Counted from the first letter of the stretch, positions 29,539 through 39,104 are shown. The stretch: 64,000 nt of DNA from an uncultured Pseudomonadales bacterium (GCA_964515115.1 CAZESB010000001.1:48292-112291), one strand, 5' to 3'. Numbers and translations: made by a program. Notes: generated by a model not told the origin, from the sequence alone.

Positions 29539-29907
29539 ATGCCAAACGACCCTGCCTCTCAGCTTCAGCAGATTCTTGATGATTTTGGTCTTGACCTGCA
29601 AAACTATATCCGCGAAGAGGTGGCGCGCCAGCTTGGTGAGCGAAAAGTGGAAGTCGCAGGCATTGAAACTCCGCCGGAACAGCCAGTCGAGTGGCAGCAA
29701 CCCGAGCAGCCAGAGCAGCAGTCGCCTCAATCGGAACAGCAGCCGGAAATCGAGCAGTTCCAGCCTGAACAGTATCAAGCCGATATTAACGACTATCAGC
29801 CGACCGAGGGAGCCAATAACATCAATAATACCAGCTCTAGCGACATGTCTGATTACGACAGAATGTTCGGCGTCCTGGCGAGGATAAAAAACAGACACGC
29901 ATCATAA
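29539..29907 (+). CDS. Hypothetical protein with conserved N-terminal approximately 30-aa motif and E/Q/P-rich tail
   Basis: N-terminal motif paralogous to 26258-26491; PEQPEQQSPQSEQQPEIEQFQPEQ low complexity. Confidence 0.4.
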   Translation: MPNDPASQLQQILDDFGLDLQNYIREEVARQLGERKVEVAGIETPPEQPVEWQQPEQPEQQSPQSEQQPEIEQFQPEQYQADINDYQPTEGANNINNTSSSDMSDYDRMFGVLARIKNRHAS

Positions 29908-29965
29908 ATGCAGCGACAGCAACAATCACCGTATTAAGAAACCCAGCTCGGCTGGGTTTTGCTAT

Positions 29966-31333
29966 TTGAAAGGGGTTATGAAACAGAAACGCAAACGCAG
30001 TATTGTGATTTGTGGCGGTGCTTTTGGTGATGAGGGTAAGGGCAGAGTAGTTGATTCGTTTGTGAATGAATTCGCCGCTTTGGGCCAAATTGTGGTTTAT
30101 CGTGACAACGGTGGGGCAAATGCTGGTCACACTGTCGAGTTTGACGGGGTGCGGGTGGCGCTGCATCAGTTGCCCTCAGGGGTGTTTTTTGAAGCTGGCA
30201 CGGTGATTTTGGGCAAAGGCATGGTTTTGCATCCGGCTGATTTACTTGAGGAAATTGCTGAAGTAGAAAAAGCTGTTAGTGGCCAGGTGCCGGCGCGGAT
30301 CAAAATTGACGAAATGGCGGCCTTGTCTTTGGATACCCACCGCGCTTTTGAAGCAGTACTGAAAGATTGGCAAACCGGCCAACACGGTTCGACCGGCAGA
30401 GGGATTGCACCGGCGTATGTTGATATTTTACTGCGTCATCCTCTGAGGATGCGGGATCTTTTACATTTTGATGAAGAAAAGATCAGCAAACATTACGATT
30501 TGTATGCGGCTTTAGTCAGCGGTTTGGATGCTGAGTTGGCAGCCGCTCCGGTGCCTACTCTCACCGGGGAGATGACTACGACTGGCACCAAGAAGCAATT
30601 CATTACCAAGCTCCGAGAGCAAGCGGCTGCCCTCAAACCCTACATCGAAGACGTGTCTGATTTTCTTACCACCGCCTGGAAAGATGAGAAAAATTACAGT
30701 TTTGTTTTTGAAAAAGCTCAGGCCATTGGGTTGGATTACCGTTGGGGTGTTTATCCGGACGTAACCGCTTCGGATACTACCAGCGCCGGTATCTTCGCCT
30801 CCACCGAAGGCATCATCGACCCGGAGCAGATCGAGATTCATGCCGGCGTGCTCAAAGCCACTTACATGTCGAGTGTTGGTGTCAGGCAATTGCCTACCGT
30901 TATGCCAGCAGAGGAGGCGGAAATTATCCGCCGAGACGCGCACGAGTATGGCGCCACCACCGGCAGGCCGAGGGACGTGGTTTATTTTGATTTACCGATG
31001 CAACAGTACTTGGCTAAAGTGGGCAGACTAACCCACCTAGTCCTAACTCATATGGATATCGTTTATCCGGACAGGAAAGTGAAAATTTGCCGGCAGTATA
31101 CCCTGAAAGGCAAACCAGTAACCTACCGACCGGATCAAGAATTTCTTCTCCAAGTTCAGCCGGTTTATGAAGAGTTTGCACCTTGGGATGTTGCAGAGCT
31201 GCGGCAAGCCAAAGACCGCGAATCCCTACCGAAAAACGCCAAAATCTTCATTGAATTTTTGGAAACTGAATTTCAGCTGCCAGTACTGATGATCACCACT
31301 GGGCCGGCAAGGGGAGCCGAGGTTATTTTCTAA
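29966..31333 (+). CDS. purA: Adenylosuccinate synthetase
   Basis: VICGGAFGDEGKGRVVD P-loop, GANAGHTV, GTTGRPR-like GATTGRPR. Confidence 0.85.
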   Translation: MKGVMKQKRKRSIVICGGAFGDEGKGRVVDSFVNEFAALGQIVVYRDNGGANAGHTVEFDGVRVALHQLPSGVFFEAGTVILGKGMVLHPADLLEEIAEVEKAVSGQVPARIKIDEMAALSLDTHRAFEAVLKDWQTGQHGSTGRGIAPAYVDILLRHPLRMRDLLHFDEEKISKHYDLYAALVSGLDAELAAAPVPTLTGEMTTTGTKKQFITKLREQAAALKPYIEDVSDFLTTAWKDEKNYSFVFEKAQAIGLDYRWGVYPDVTASDTTSAGIFASTEGIIDPEQIEIHAGVLKATYMSSVGVRQLPTVMPAEEAEIIRRDAHEYGATTGRPRDVVYFDLPMQQYLAKVGRLTHLVLTHMDIVYPDRKVKICRQYTLKGKPVTYRPDQEFLLQVQPVYEEFAPWDVAELRQAKDRESLPKNAKIFIEFLETEFQLPVLMITTGPARGAEVIF

Positions 31334-31359
31334 TTCTAATTGACCTCAATAGCGCCACC

Positions 31360-31944
31360 CTACGGCGTGGTGAACTCAGGCATATTTTCAAACAGATTAG
31401 TAAAAGTGACATTAGTTGGCACTGCAAACTCACTGTCACTAATATTGGCTCGATCACAGCTAAATTGTACTGGCGATTCCTCTGATTCATCCGCTTCCTC
31501 AGTGAAGGCCGTGGTTGGCTCATCAGCAAGAGGCTCAGCCGGGCGCTCTTGAGCTTCCTGAGCAAACTCTTTTGCCTGCTCCTCATTAATGGTGTACATC
31601 ATGCCGGTAGGGTTACCTTCAGTCCAGATGTATTGAGTAGTGCCGAGTATCAGCACATATGATTTTTGGCCACTCGGGTCGGTGCTGATGATTTTCATAT
31701 TCTTGTCTTTGACCAAATATTCAGCCAAACTTTGAGCATTTTCGTCAATAGCAGTACACCTGACCGAGGCTCCAGTTTCCATGGCTCTGGCCAAAGTCAA
31801 CATCTCCGCATCAAAGGCAGCGCTATCTTGAACACTTTCCGACTCAGGCTCAACTTGATCAGGAGAGCGGTTGATACAACCACTCAACACCAATGATCCG
31901 GCAATTAACAAAACTCCTAGACGGAGGGAAGCATGGCGAAACAT
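31360..31944 (-). CDS. Hypothetical lipoprotein
   Basis: Signal peptide ending in lipobox LVLSGC; acidic mature region. Confidence 0.45.
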   Translation of the reverse strand: MFRHASLRLGVLLIAGSLVLSGCINRSPDQVEPESESVQDSAAFDAEMLTLARAMETGASVRCTAIDENAQSLAEYLVKDKNMKIISTDPSGQKSYVLILGTTQYIWTEGNPTGMMYTINEEQAKEFAQEAQERPAEPLADEPTTAFTEEADESEESPVQFSCDRANISDSEFAVPTNVTFTNLFENMPEFTTP

Positions 31945-32122
31945 ATCGATCTCCTTCGGACAGGATACTTAGTAGTAGGCTTTTTGCTTGTCACAGCAAT
32001 GAGTTTACCTCTACCTTATTAATATAGCACGTGGCGGGAACAAAATACAGCAAAGTAAAGGTCAAAAAGTAATCAAGGATAAAAAAACCAGCAAAATCAC
32101 CCTTTCTCCCAGGCTTTGCGAT

Positions 32123-32143
32123 AATTATGCGGCAATTATGCGG
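32123..32143. repeat. Tandem direct repeat AATTATGCGG-C-AATTATGCGG (11-bp periodicity) in a divergent promoter region
   Basis: Read directly from sequence. Confidence 0.5.
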
Positions 32144-32203
32144 GAATAGCGCCCACCAACATGCTAGCTTTTTGCCAGCCAGCCTCTGATACAATCAGGG
32201 AGA

Positions 32204-33376
32204 ATGAAGGTAACTTTATCCCAAGATCAGCGAGTAGCTCTCAATAAACTCTGGCAGTGGCTCAAGTACGACAGCAAAACCGAGGGTTATATTACTCTGG
32301 GAGGCTATGCCGGCACCGGTAAAACTACTTCGCTGGCGGTTTTCAGAAAATATTTGCGGGCAGTTTTGCCAGACTGGCAGGTAGCTTTCATTAGTTTCAC
32401 CGGCAAAGCCACCCGGGTGCTGAAATCGGCGCTTAGGCAGCAGCAAGCCATCTACCAGGACGATTTTGTCGGCACAATTCATTCGCTGATTTATTCGCCG
32501 GTGATCAATGAGCGTCAAGAAATTATCAGCTGGGACCGCAAAAACCAACTTGATTACCAACTGATTATCATTGATGAAGGCTCAATGGTGGATTACCAAA
32601 TTTGGCAAGATCTGAAGAGGTATGAGATTCCGATTATTGCTGCCGGTGATCACGGTCAATTGCCGCCGATTCAGGGCAGTTTTAATTTAATGGCAGCGCC
32701 GCAGCTTAAGCTGGAACAAATTCATCGCCAGGCGAAAGATAATCCGATCATCAATCTTTCGATGATGGCCAGAGAAAAAGGGGAGATTCCGGTGGCTAAT
32801 TATGCTCCGGGAGTCAAGAAACTGTCGCGGGAGGATTTTGCCTCGCAAGAATTAGTAGAGCAGATGATTAGAATGCACCCGGAACAAAGCTTGATTCTTT
32901 GCGGCTACAACAAAACTCGCATCAAGCTCAACGCTTTTGCTCGGGAATTGTTGGGTTTTGAAATGCCCGAACCGCGCCCTCAAGATAGAGTAATATGTTT
33001 GCGCAATAACCATGAAAAAGACGTCTATAACGGTATGCTTGGAACTGTAATTTCTCTGACTAAAGAAGATAAAAAGTGGTATTTTGCAGAAATTGCTTTG
33101 GATGAAGAACCGGAACCCTATCGCGGTTTAATTTTAGCAGAACAATTCAATGCTGAGCGGGCAAAGAACTTTACTTCAGAGCGCGCCGACACTTTGCAAG
33201 GCGAGCTTTTTGATTTCGGTTACGCTTTAACGGTTCATAAAGCTCAAGGCAGCCAGGCTAAAAAAGTAATAGTTTTTGAGGAGAGATTCAAGCAGATGGA
33301 CGACGAAATGTGGCGCCGCTGGCTGTATACTGCGGTCACCCGAGCGGAGCAAGAATTGTATATAATAGGAGATTAA
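32204..33376 (+). CDS. SF1 RecD-like/Pif1-like ATP-dependent DNA helicase (short form)
   Basis: Walker A GGYAGTGKTTS, Walker B LIIIDEGSMV, C-terminal TVHKAQGSQAKKVIVF (UvrD_C_2-like) motif. Confidence 0.65.
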   Translation: MKVTLSQDQRVALNKLWQWLKYDSKTEGYITLGGYAGTGKTTSLAVFRKYLRAVLPDWQVAFISFTGKATRVLKSALRQQQAIYQDDFVGTIHSLIYSPVINERQEIISWDRKNQLDYQLIIIDEGSMVDYQIWQDLKRYEIPIIAAGDHGQLPPIQGSFNLMAAPQLKLEQIHRQAKDNPIINLSMMAREKGEIPVANYAPGVKKLSREDFASQELVEQMIRMHPEQSLILCGYNKTRIKLNAFARELLGFEMPEPRPQDRVICLRNNHEKDVYNGMLGTVISLTKEDKKWYFAEIALDEEPEPYRGLILAEQFNAERAKNFTSERADTLQGELFDFGYALTVHKAQGSQAKKVIVFEERFKQMDDEMWRRWLYTAVTRAEQELYIIGD

Positions 33377-33389
33377 ATAGGAAACTAAA

Positions 33390-33674
33390 ATGATCTTGCA
33401 AGTAATTGTCTTTTTATTTATCGGCTTTTTTGTTGGTTTCCTGGCGCATTTCAATCTCAGCCAGCAGGCTAAAATTTTTGATCCCTGGGGGTCGATTATT
33501 ATTGGTATCATTGGCTCGTTGGTTGGTGGTTTTCTGGCACCGGCTTTCAATATTTTCGTTTTAAATTACGTTTTGTTAGGCTCTTTTTTGATGGCGATTT
33601 TGGGAGCGATGAGCTTTATTTGGCTGGCCTCTTTTATTAAAATGATTATTTTTGCCCGACCAAACAGTGAATAG
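33390..33674 (+). CDS. GlsB/YeaQ/YmgE-family small membrane protein
   Basis: 94 aa, 3 TM, Gly-zipper IIGIIGSLVGGFLA typical of the family. Confidence 0.5.
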   Translation: MILQVIVFLFIGFFVGFLAHFNLSQQAKIFDPWGSIIIGIIGSLVGGFLAPAFNIFVLNYVLLGSFLMAILGAMSFIWLASFIKMIIFARPNSE

Positions 33675-33762
33675 CTTACTTTTTTTTCTAACCCAACTCT
33701 TACGTTTTTTTTATCTTAGCCATAATTGCTCTTGATGTAATTGATTCCAGCAAAAAGGATTT

Positions 33763-34431
33763 ATGACCGATTACCACCAATTTTCCGACCGCCAAGAAGC
33801 GGGTCTTAGGTTGGCCCAAGAAATTGAAACCTCACTCGAGCCTGAAGCAGAAGTGATGGTATTGGGTTTGCCTAGGGGCGGAGTGCCGGTGGCTTATGAA
33901 GTGGCCAGACATTTGCAGGTACCGATGGATGTTTTGGTGGTTCGCAAGCTGGGCTACCCGGGCAACCAGGAATACGCAGTCGGAGCTTTAGCGGAAGGCG
34001 GACAGCAAGTCACCAACGATAAGGCCTTGGAGTATGTGTCTCATAGCCAGTGGGAGCAGGTCTTGGCTAAAGAACAACTGGAACTTGAGCGCCGGATCCA
34101 TACTTACCGGTCTGGCAAGGCCTTTCCTAATTTGCGAGGCAAAACGGTAGTGATAGTTGATGATGGTTTAGCTACCGGCGCCACGATGTTGGCCGCGATC
34201 AAGACGGTGAAGCGATATCAGCCGAAAAGAATTATTGTAGCGGCACCGGTTGGCGCCAAAGAAACTTGTCAGGAAATTCTCAGCACCGTCAATGAAGTCA
34301 TTTGCCTCCGGATGCCGGAGCCTTTTTATGGTGTGGGTGCTTGGTATCAATCTTTTCCTCAAACTTCAGACGAAACAGTTAGACATTTACTCGATATGGC
34401 CCAACATGGGTTCAATGGCCGCCAGGCTTAA
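33763..34431 (+). CDS. Predicted phosphoribosyltransferase (type I PRTase fold, COG1926-like)
   Basis: PRPP-binding loop VVIVDDGLATGATM; VLGLPRGGVPVA. Confidence 0.6.
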   Translation: MTDYHQFSDRQEAGLRLAQEIETSLEPEAEVMVLGLPRGGVPVAYEVARHLQVPMDVLVVRKLGYPGNQEYAVGALAEGGQQVTNDKALEYVSHSQWEQVLAKEQLELERRIHTYRSGKAFPNLRGKTVVIVDDGLATGATMLAAIKTVKRYQPKRIIVAAPVGAKETCQEILSTVNEVICLRMPEPFYGVGAWYQSFPQTSDETVRHLLDMAQHGFNGRQA

Positions 34432-34449
34432 AGGAATAAAAGGAATAAA

Positions 34450-35073
34450 ATGAGAATGAAAAACTTTTTATTGACTAATTTGATTGCCGGCACTTTTGCC
34501 GTTGGCACTTTTTATGTGCCTGATTTTTTTGATCGAGTTAACGCCAACGATCAGGGATCAGCCAACACTTCTTCTTCATCAATCAAAGTCAAAAGCAATA
34601 CCAGCAGTCAAGGTAATTCCAGTGTTCGGGTGAAGCAGACGGTTCGCAGCAATAACAATCAAGTTGAAGTTTATACCTATCGCGAAGAGAATGGTAAGGT
34701 GCTGGAAGACAATCGACGCACCATTCGTTCTGAAACTGAGCGTTCCGCAGCTGAAAATCAGCCTGACTCAGATCAGCTCCGCCGACAAACCAGGGAAAGA
34801 GTGCAAAATCAAGCTGAGGCCGCCTTGAAAAATTTTGAGGAAAAACTCAAGCAGGCTGAAATTGAAATAACTGACAAACTTACTGACGCAGAACAAGAAA
34901 TTGCCACCGAAAAACAAGAGGCAGAAAAGGAACTTGATCAAATTAGCCAGGAGGCTGGAGAAGCAGAAACGGAGTTGCGGCTGCGGTGGCAGCAACAGCT
35001 GGAAGAGCGGGAAGAAAGTTTTTGGCAGCGGCTGCGCCATTGGCTTCGCCTGAGGATTGAGAGTTTAAGGTAA
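34450..35073 (+). CDS. Secreted/membrane-anchored coiled-coil hypothetical protein
   Basis: N-terminal hydrophobic segment, S/N-rich linker, E/K/Q coiled coil. Confidence 0.4.
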   Translation: MRMKNFLLTNLIAGTFAVGTFYVPDFFDRVNANDQGSANTSSSSIKVKSNTSSQGNSSVRVKQTVRSNNNQVEVYTYREENGKVLEDNRRTIRSETERSAAENQPDSDQLRRQTRERVQNQAEAALKNFEEKLKQAEIEITDKLTDAEQEIATEKQEAEKELDQISQEAGEAETELRLRWQQQLEEREESFWQRLRHWLRLRIESLR

Positions 35074-35095
35074 ACCTTGTTATAATCAGGCCCGC

Positions 35096-36205
35096 ATGAC
35101 ATTGAGGATCGCTAAAATCATTTTATTTTTCACTACGACGGTTTTGATTTTTGTGAGTTTGGTTGCTGTAGCTGCTTTTGTGGGTGAGGCGCGCAATCGC
35201 GCTGAAAATAGCGGCAATAGTGGCAATGAAGCTAGCAACGGAGTCGAGGGGCAAGCAGAATTTTTGAGTGACGGCAGCGCGGAGGCAGAAGTCCCCGATT
35301 TTGCTTTTAAAGAATTAACGATTCCGTATTTGCGTGGTCGAGATTATCAGAGTAGCTTGGGTGGATTGGCAGAGGTAAGCCGGAATGGTGGCTACACTGC
35401 CTATCTCACCAGTTACGATTCTGATGGTTTTCGTGTCAACGGACTCCTGACGATTCCCGACGGAGCAGAGCCGGCTGGCGGTTGGCCGGCGCTGGTTTTT
35501 GTTCACGGCTACATCCCGCCGACTCAATACCGGACTTTACAGCGCTACGAAGATCACGTGGACTATCTGGCCAGGAGTGGTTTGGTAGTTTTTAAGATTG
35601 ATTTGCGCGGGCATGGCAGCTCGGAGGGCAGTCCCAACGGTGCTTATTATTCCGGTGATTATGTTGTTGATACTCTCAATGCCCGCGCCGCTCTTCAAGC
35701 CACCGACTTTGTTAATGCTGACAAGATTGCCCTTTGGGGTCACAGTATGGCCGGCAACGTGGTGTTGCGCAGTTTTGTGGCCGCTCAAGATGTGCCGGCT
35801 ATTGTTGTCTGGGCTGGCGCGGTATTTACTTACGATGACATGCGCCAGTTTGGTATCGAAGACAACAGTTATTCACCGCCGGCCGAGTACTCGGAGCGCC
35901 AGCGGGAGCGACGCCGACTGATGGAAACTTATGGTAATTTTAACGCTGAGAGTCAATTCTGGAGCCAAGTTGTTCCCACCAATTATTTAGCTGGCTTGCC
36001 GGGTGCTATTCAACTTCATCATGCTCTCGATGATCAAGTTACCAGCATTGAGTACAGCCGCAATCTCAGCCTTATTCTTGAAGAGAAGAGCGTCGAACAT
36101 GAGTTCTATGAATATTCAGATGGCGGTCACAACCTCAACGGCAGCGCTTTCACCAGTGCCATGCAAAGGACGGTGGATTTTCTTAAAAGAGAGCTGAGTT
36201 ATTGA
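35096..36205 (+). CDS. Alpha/beta hydrolase (dienelactone-hydrolase/S9-like) with N-terminal TM anchor
   Basis: GxSxG nucleophile elbow WGHSMAGN, later Asp/His (DDQV...GGHN). Confidence 0.6.
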   Translation: MTLRIAKIILFFTTTVLIFVSLVAVAAFVGEARNRAENSGNSGNEASNGVEGQAEFLSDGSAEAEVPDFAFKELTIPYLRGRDYQSSLGGLAEVSRNGGYTAYLTSYDSDGFRVNGLLTIPDGAEPAGGWPALVFVHGYIPPTQYRTLQRYEDHVDYLARSGLVVFKIDLRGHGSSEGSPNGAYYSGDYVVDTLNARAALQATDFVNADKIALWGHSMAGNVVLRSFVAAQDVPAIVVWAGAVFTYDDMRQFGIEDNSYSPPAEYSERQRERRRLMETYGNFNAESQFWSQVVPTNYLAGLPGAIQLHHALDDQVTSIEYSRNLSLILEEKSVEHEFYEYSDGGHNLNGSAFTSAMQRTVDFLKRELSY

Positions 36206-36231
36206 CGCAACACTTTTATCAATAATATAAC

Positions 36232-36261
36232 TTGCAATAGCATTATTCTTTATGATATAAT
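36232..36261 (+). promoter_or_regulatory. Candidate sigma70-type promoter TTGCAA-18-TATAAT for the vapBC pair (near-leaderless)
   Basis: Read directly; -10 ends 10 nt before the vapB ATG and no SD is visible. Confidence 0.3.
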
Positions 36262-36270
36262 AACGATATT

Positions 36271-36522
36271 ATGAGAAATATTATTTCAATTACTTCAAGA
36301 GGTCAGCTAAATTTACCCAAAGCTTTACTAGATGATATGGATATTACTCCACCTGTAAAAGCAATCGTTAGTCAAGTGGGTAATAAAATCATTGTTGAGC
36401 CACGCGCCAATTTTTGGTCACTAGAAGGCTCGCTCAAGTCAGAAAAAAAACTTTCTGATGTGGAACTCAGAGAAGCAAGAGAAGCATTCTCTAAAGAGTG
36501 GGGGAGTAATGAGCAAGGTTAG
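36271..36522 (+). CDS. vapB: AbrB/SpoVT-type antitoxin (VapB-like)
   Basis: 83 aa; N-terminal swapped-hairpin-like ISITSRGQLNLPKALLDDMDI; overlaps downstream PIN gene by 14 nt. Confidence 0.55.
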   Translation: MRNIISITSRGQLNLPKALLDDMDITPPVKAIVSQVGNKIIVEPRANFWSLEGSLKSEKKLSDVELREAREAFSKEWGSNEQG

Positions 36523-36889
36523 AACGAAACTTGTTGATACCAATGTGATTTTGCGCTATCTAGTTGGCGATAATAAAAGCCAACAATTGAGGGCGCGCGA
36601 CTGGTTCTTGGCAGCAGAAGCGGGTGAGTTTGAGCTGGTGATTGCACCACTTGTAGTTGCGGAAGCCTGCTTCGTCTTGGAATCTTTTTATAAACTGGAC
36701 AGAGCAGAAATTGCCCGAGCCTTCGAGGTTTTTTTGAGCCAAAAGTGGTTACAGGTTCAAAATAGAGAAGTGCTGCTTGGTCTTTGGTCGCGATATATGA
36801 AAGGTCTACATTTTGTGGATAGTTATTTATTATCTTATGCAGACAATGAAAAGTATGGGATTTTGAGCTTTGATAAAGAGCTTAATTAA
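36509..36889 (+). CDS. vapC: PIN-domain ribonuclease toxin (VapC-like)
   Basis: LVDTNVILRYL (first conserved Asp), later acidic residues; about 127 aa. Confidence 0.6.
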   Translation: MSKVRTKLVDTNVILRYLVGDNKSQQLRARDWFLAAEAGEFELVIAPLVVAEACFVLESFYKLDRAEIARAFEVFLSQKWLQVQNREVLLGLWSRYMKGLHFVDSYLLSYADNEKYGILSFDKELN

Positions 36890-36950
36890 AGTATCTCCAG
36901 AAGAATTTGCAACCAACCTGAATCTAACAACACCTGCTACAATACACCTC

Positions 36951-38033
36951 ATGTCACTCTCAGTCGGAATCGTTGGTCTGCCCAATGTGGGGAAATCCAC
37001 TTTGTTTAACGCGCTTTTAAAGCGCCAGGTGGCGTTGGCGGCCAATTATCCTTTTGCTACCATCGATCCCAACACTGGTGTAGTGCCGGTGCCGGACGAG
37101 CGCCTGGAAAAGTTGGCTAAAATTGTCAACACTCAAGTGATCAAACCCGCTACTGTCGAGTTTGTCGATATCGCCGGTTTAGTGAAAGGGGCTGCCGAGG
37201 GTGAAGGCTTGGGCAACCAGTTCTTGGCTCACATTCGGGAAGTTGATTTAATTGCTCATGTCATTCGTGGTTTTTCTAATGAACAAGTACTGCGAGAAGG
37301 CAGCATTGATCCTCAAACCGACCGTCAGATTATCGAGATGGAGCTGCTTTTAGCGGATATCGCCACTTTAGAAAAACAAAAAGAACCGAAAGCTAGTAAG
37401 GACAAAGATGAGTTATTTCGTTGGGCGGCGATCCAGAAAATGTTAGCGGCCGCCCGTAACGAAACCTTAATCGCCGCCGCTCTCACTACGCCTGAAGAAC
37501 AGAAAATCGCTCGCGAACTTGGCCTGCTCACTGCCAAAACGATTCTTTACGTACTAAATGTGGACGAAGCGGTAGTTAGCCAGCAAGAAACTCTAACTCA
37601 AAAGTTTGCCGCTGAACTTAAAATCAATCCCGACCAGCTCATCATCATCAGCGCCCAAATTGAAAGCGAACTTTCTTCTCTCAGCGACGAAGACCAAAAA
37701 CTTTATCTCCGTGATCTTGGTCTGCAAAAGAGCGGTTTGGAGCGGTTGATCCAGCAAGCTTACCAACAACTAAAGCTGCAAAGCTTCCTCACCGCCGGCG
37801 AAAAAGAAGTTCGTGCCTGGACCATCCGTCAAGGCACCACCGCGCCACAAGCAGCCGGCGTTATTCACACCGATTTTGCCAAAAAATTTATCAAAGCTAA
37901 GGTGGCTAACTACCACGATTTCCTCGAGCACAACGGCTGGAAAGGTCTGAAAGAAAGCGGCAAACTTCGGTTGGAAGGTAAAGATTACCTGATGCAGGAG
38001 GGTGACGTGGTTGAGTTCATGATCGGTGCCTAA
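36951..38033 (+). CDS. ychF: Ribosome-binding ATPase YchF (Obg-family GTPase)
   Basis: G1 GIVGLPNVGKSTLFNAL, G3 DIAGLV, C-terminal TGS domain. Confidence 0.85.
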   Translation: MSLSVGIVGLPNVGKSTLFNALLKRQVALAANYPFATIDPNTGVVPVPDERLEKLAKIVNTQVIKPATVEFVDIAGLVKGAAEGEGLGNQFLAHIREVDLIAHVIRGFSNEQVLREGSIDPQTDRQIIEMELLLADIATLEKQKEPKASKDKDELFRWAAIQKMLAAARNETLIAAALTTPEEQKIARELGLLTAKTILYVLNVDEAVVSQQETLTQKFAAELKINPDQLIIISAQIESELSSLSDEDQKLYLRDLGLQKSGLERLIQQAYQQLKLQSFLTAGEKEVRAWTIRQGTTAPQAAGVIHTDFAKKFIKAKVANYHDFLEHNGWKGLKESGKLRLEGKDYLMQEGDVVEFMIGA

Positions 38034-38046
38034 TTTTATGCTATAA

Positions 38047-38055
38047 TACGGTTCA
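38047..38055 (+). promoter_or_regulatory. Extended -10 element TGCTATAAT upstream of rpsF
   Basis: Read directly; followed by AAAGGAG RBS before rpsF. Confidence 0.3.
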
Positions 38056-38131
38056 ACAATATTAATTAATTCTGTCTGTTCGCCGGCGGCGGACTCCAAA
38101 GCTCTAAGGCAGAATGAAAGGAGCAAAAATA

Positions 38132-38491
38132 ATGAAACTTCCACCAAAAGACTTGGTGCGTTCCTACGAGTTAACTTTCGTCATTCCCGGCGATCGGACT
38201 AGTGTGCAAGTAGCCGCTGTTGATACTGCGGTCAAAGCCTTGGCCAAAAAACATAAAATTAAAGTAGTTTCAGAAGAGGACTGGGGTAAAAAAGAGTTGG
38301 CCTACACCATTACTCACCAAGCCAAGCACCACCATGAGGGCTATTATCATCACTTGGTTTTGGAAACGGCAGCGGGTAATGTTCGAGATTTTGAGCAGGA
38401 TATTCTGCTCAACGAAGACATTATGCGCCACTTATTAGTCATTGCGGAGGCAACTCCGGCGGTAACAGTACCTGAATCAGCAAAGGAGTAA
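38132..38491 (+). CDS. rpsF: 30S ribosomal protein S6
   Basis: YELTFVIPGD start and S6 fold pattern; first gene of rpsF-ssb-rpsR. Confidence 0.75.
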   Translation: MKLPPKDLVRSYELTFVIPGDRTSVQVAAVDTAVKALAKKHKIKVVSEEDWGKKELAYTITHQAKHHHEGYYHHLVLETAAGNVRDFEQDILLNEDIMRHLLVIAEATPAVTVPESAKE

Positions 38492-38588
38492 GTTCTACAG
38501 TTAATTCAAGCTAAGACCTATAGATTAAGCACAGTAATAGAGAGTACAGGCCGCTTTAGCGGTTTAACCGGTACAGAAAGGATGATTC

Positions 38589-39065
38589 ATGTCAGTCCGC
38601 TCACTTAATAAAGTAATGTTAATCGGGAATCTTACCCGAGATCCCAACCTCCGCTACACCCCCAATAACACGGCGGTGTGTTCATTTGGGTTGGCCACCA
38701 ATCGTTCCTGGACCCCCAATGAAGGTGGCGAAAAGCAAGAAAGGGTGGAATATCACAACGTTGTGGCTTGGTCTAAGCTGGCGGAAATTTGCGAGCAACT
38801 CCTACACAAGGGAGACAAGGTTTATGTCGAAGGTCGACTGCAAACCAGAGAATGGAAAACCGAAGACAATGTCGAACGCAGGACCACCGAAGTAATCATT
38901 GATAACATGATCTTGCTCAGAACGGCGTCTGGTGCCGGTGTTGGTGATGACGATGATGATGATAACAGCAGTAGCACCGCCGCCGCCAGCATCTCGGACG
39001 ATGATATGCCCAGCGCGGATGACGTTTCTGAAGCAGAAGACGTAGCCGACGATGTCCCGTTTTAG
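38589..39065 (+). CDS. ssb: Single-stranded DNA-binding protein
   Basis: OB fold LIGNLTRDPNLRYTPNNTAV..., acidic tail ending DDVPF. Confidence 0.9.
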   Translation: MSVRSLNKVMLIGNLTRDPNLRYTPNNTAVCSFGLATNRSWTPNEGGEKQERVEYHNVVAWSKLAEICEQLLHKGDKVYVEGRLQTREWKTEDNVERRTTEVIIDNMILLRTASGAGVGDDDDDDNSSSTAAASISDDDMPSADDVSEAEDVADDVPF

Positions 39066-39104
39066 GGAAAAGTTGGCTCAATAAGGTTCAATAGAAAGGA
39101 AATT

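Noticed and set aside
34168-34453. Small ORFs 34168-34362 (-) and 34250-34453 (+)
   Set aside because: They overlap the 3' end of the PRTase gene in other frames. No RBS or conservation features are visible.
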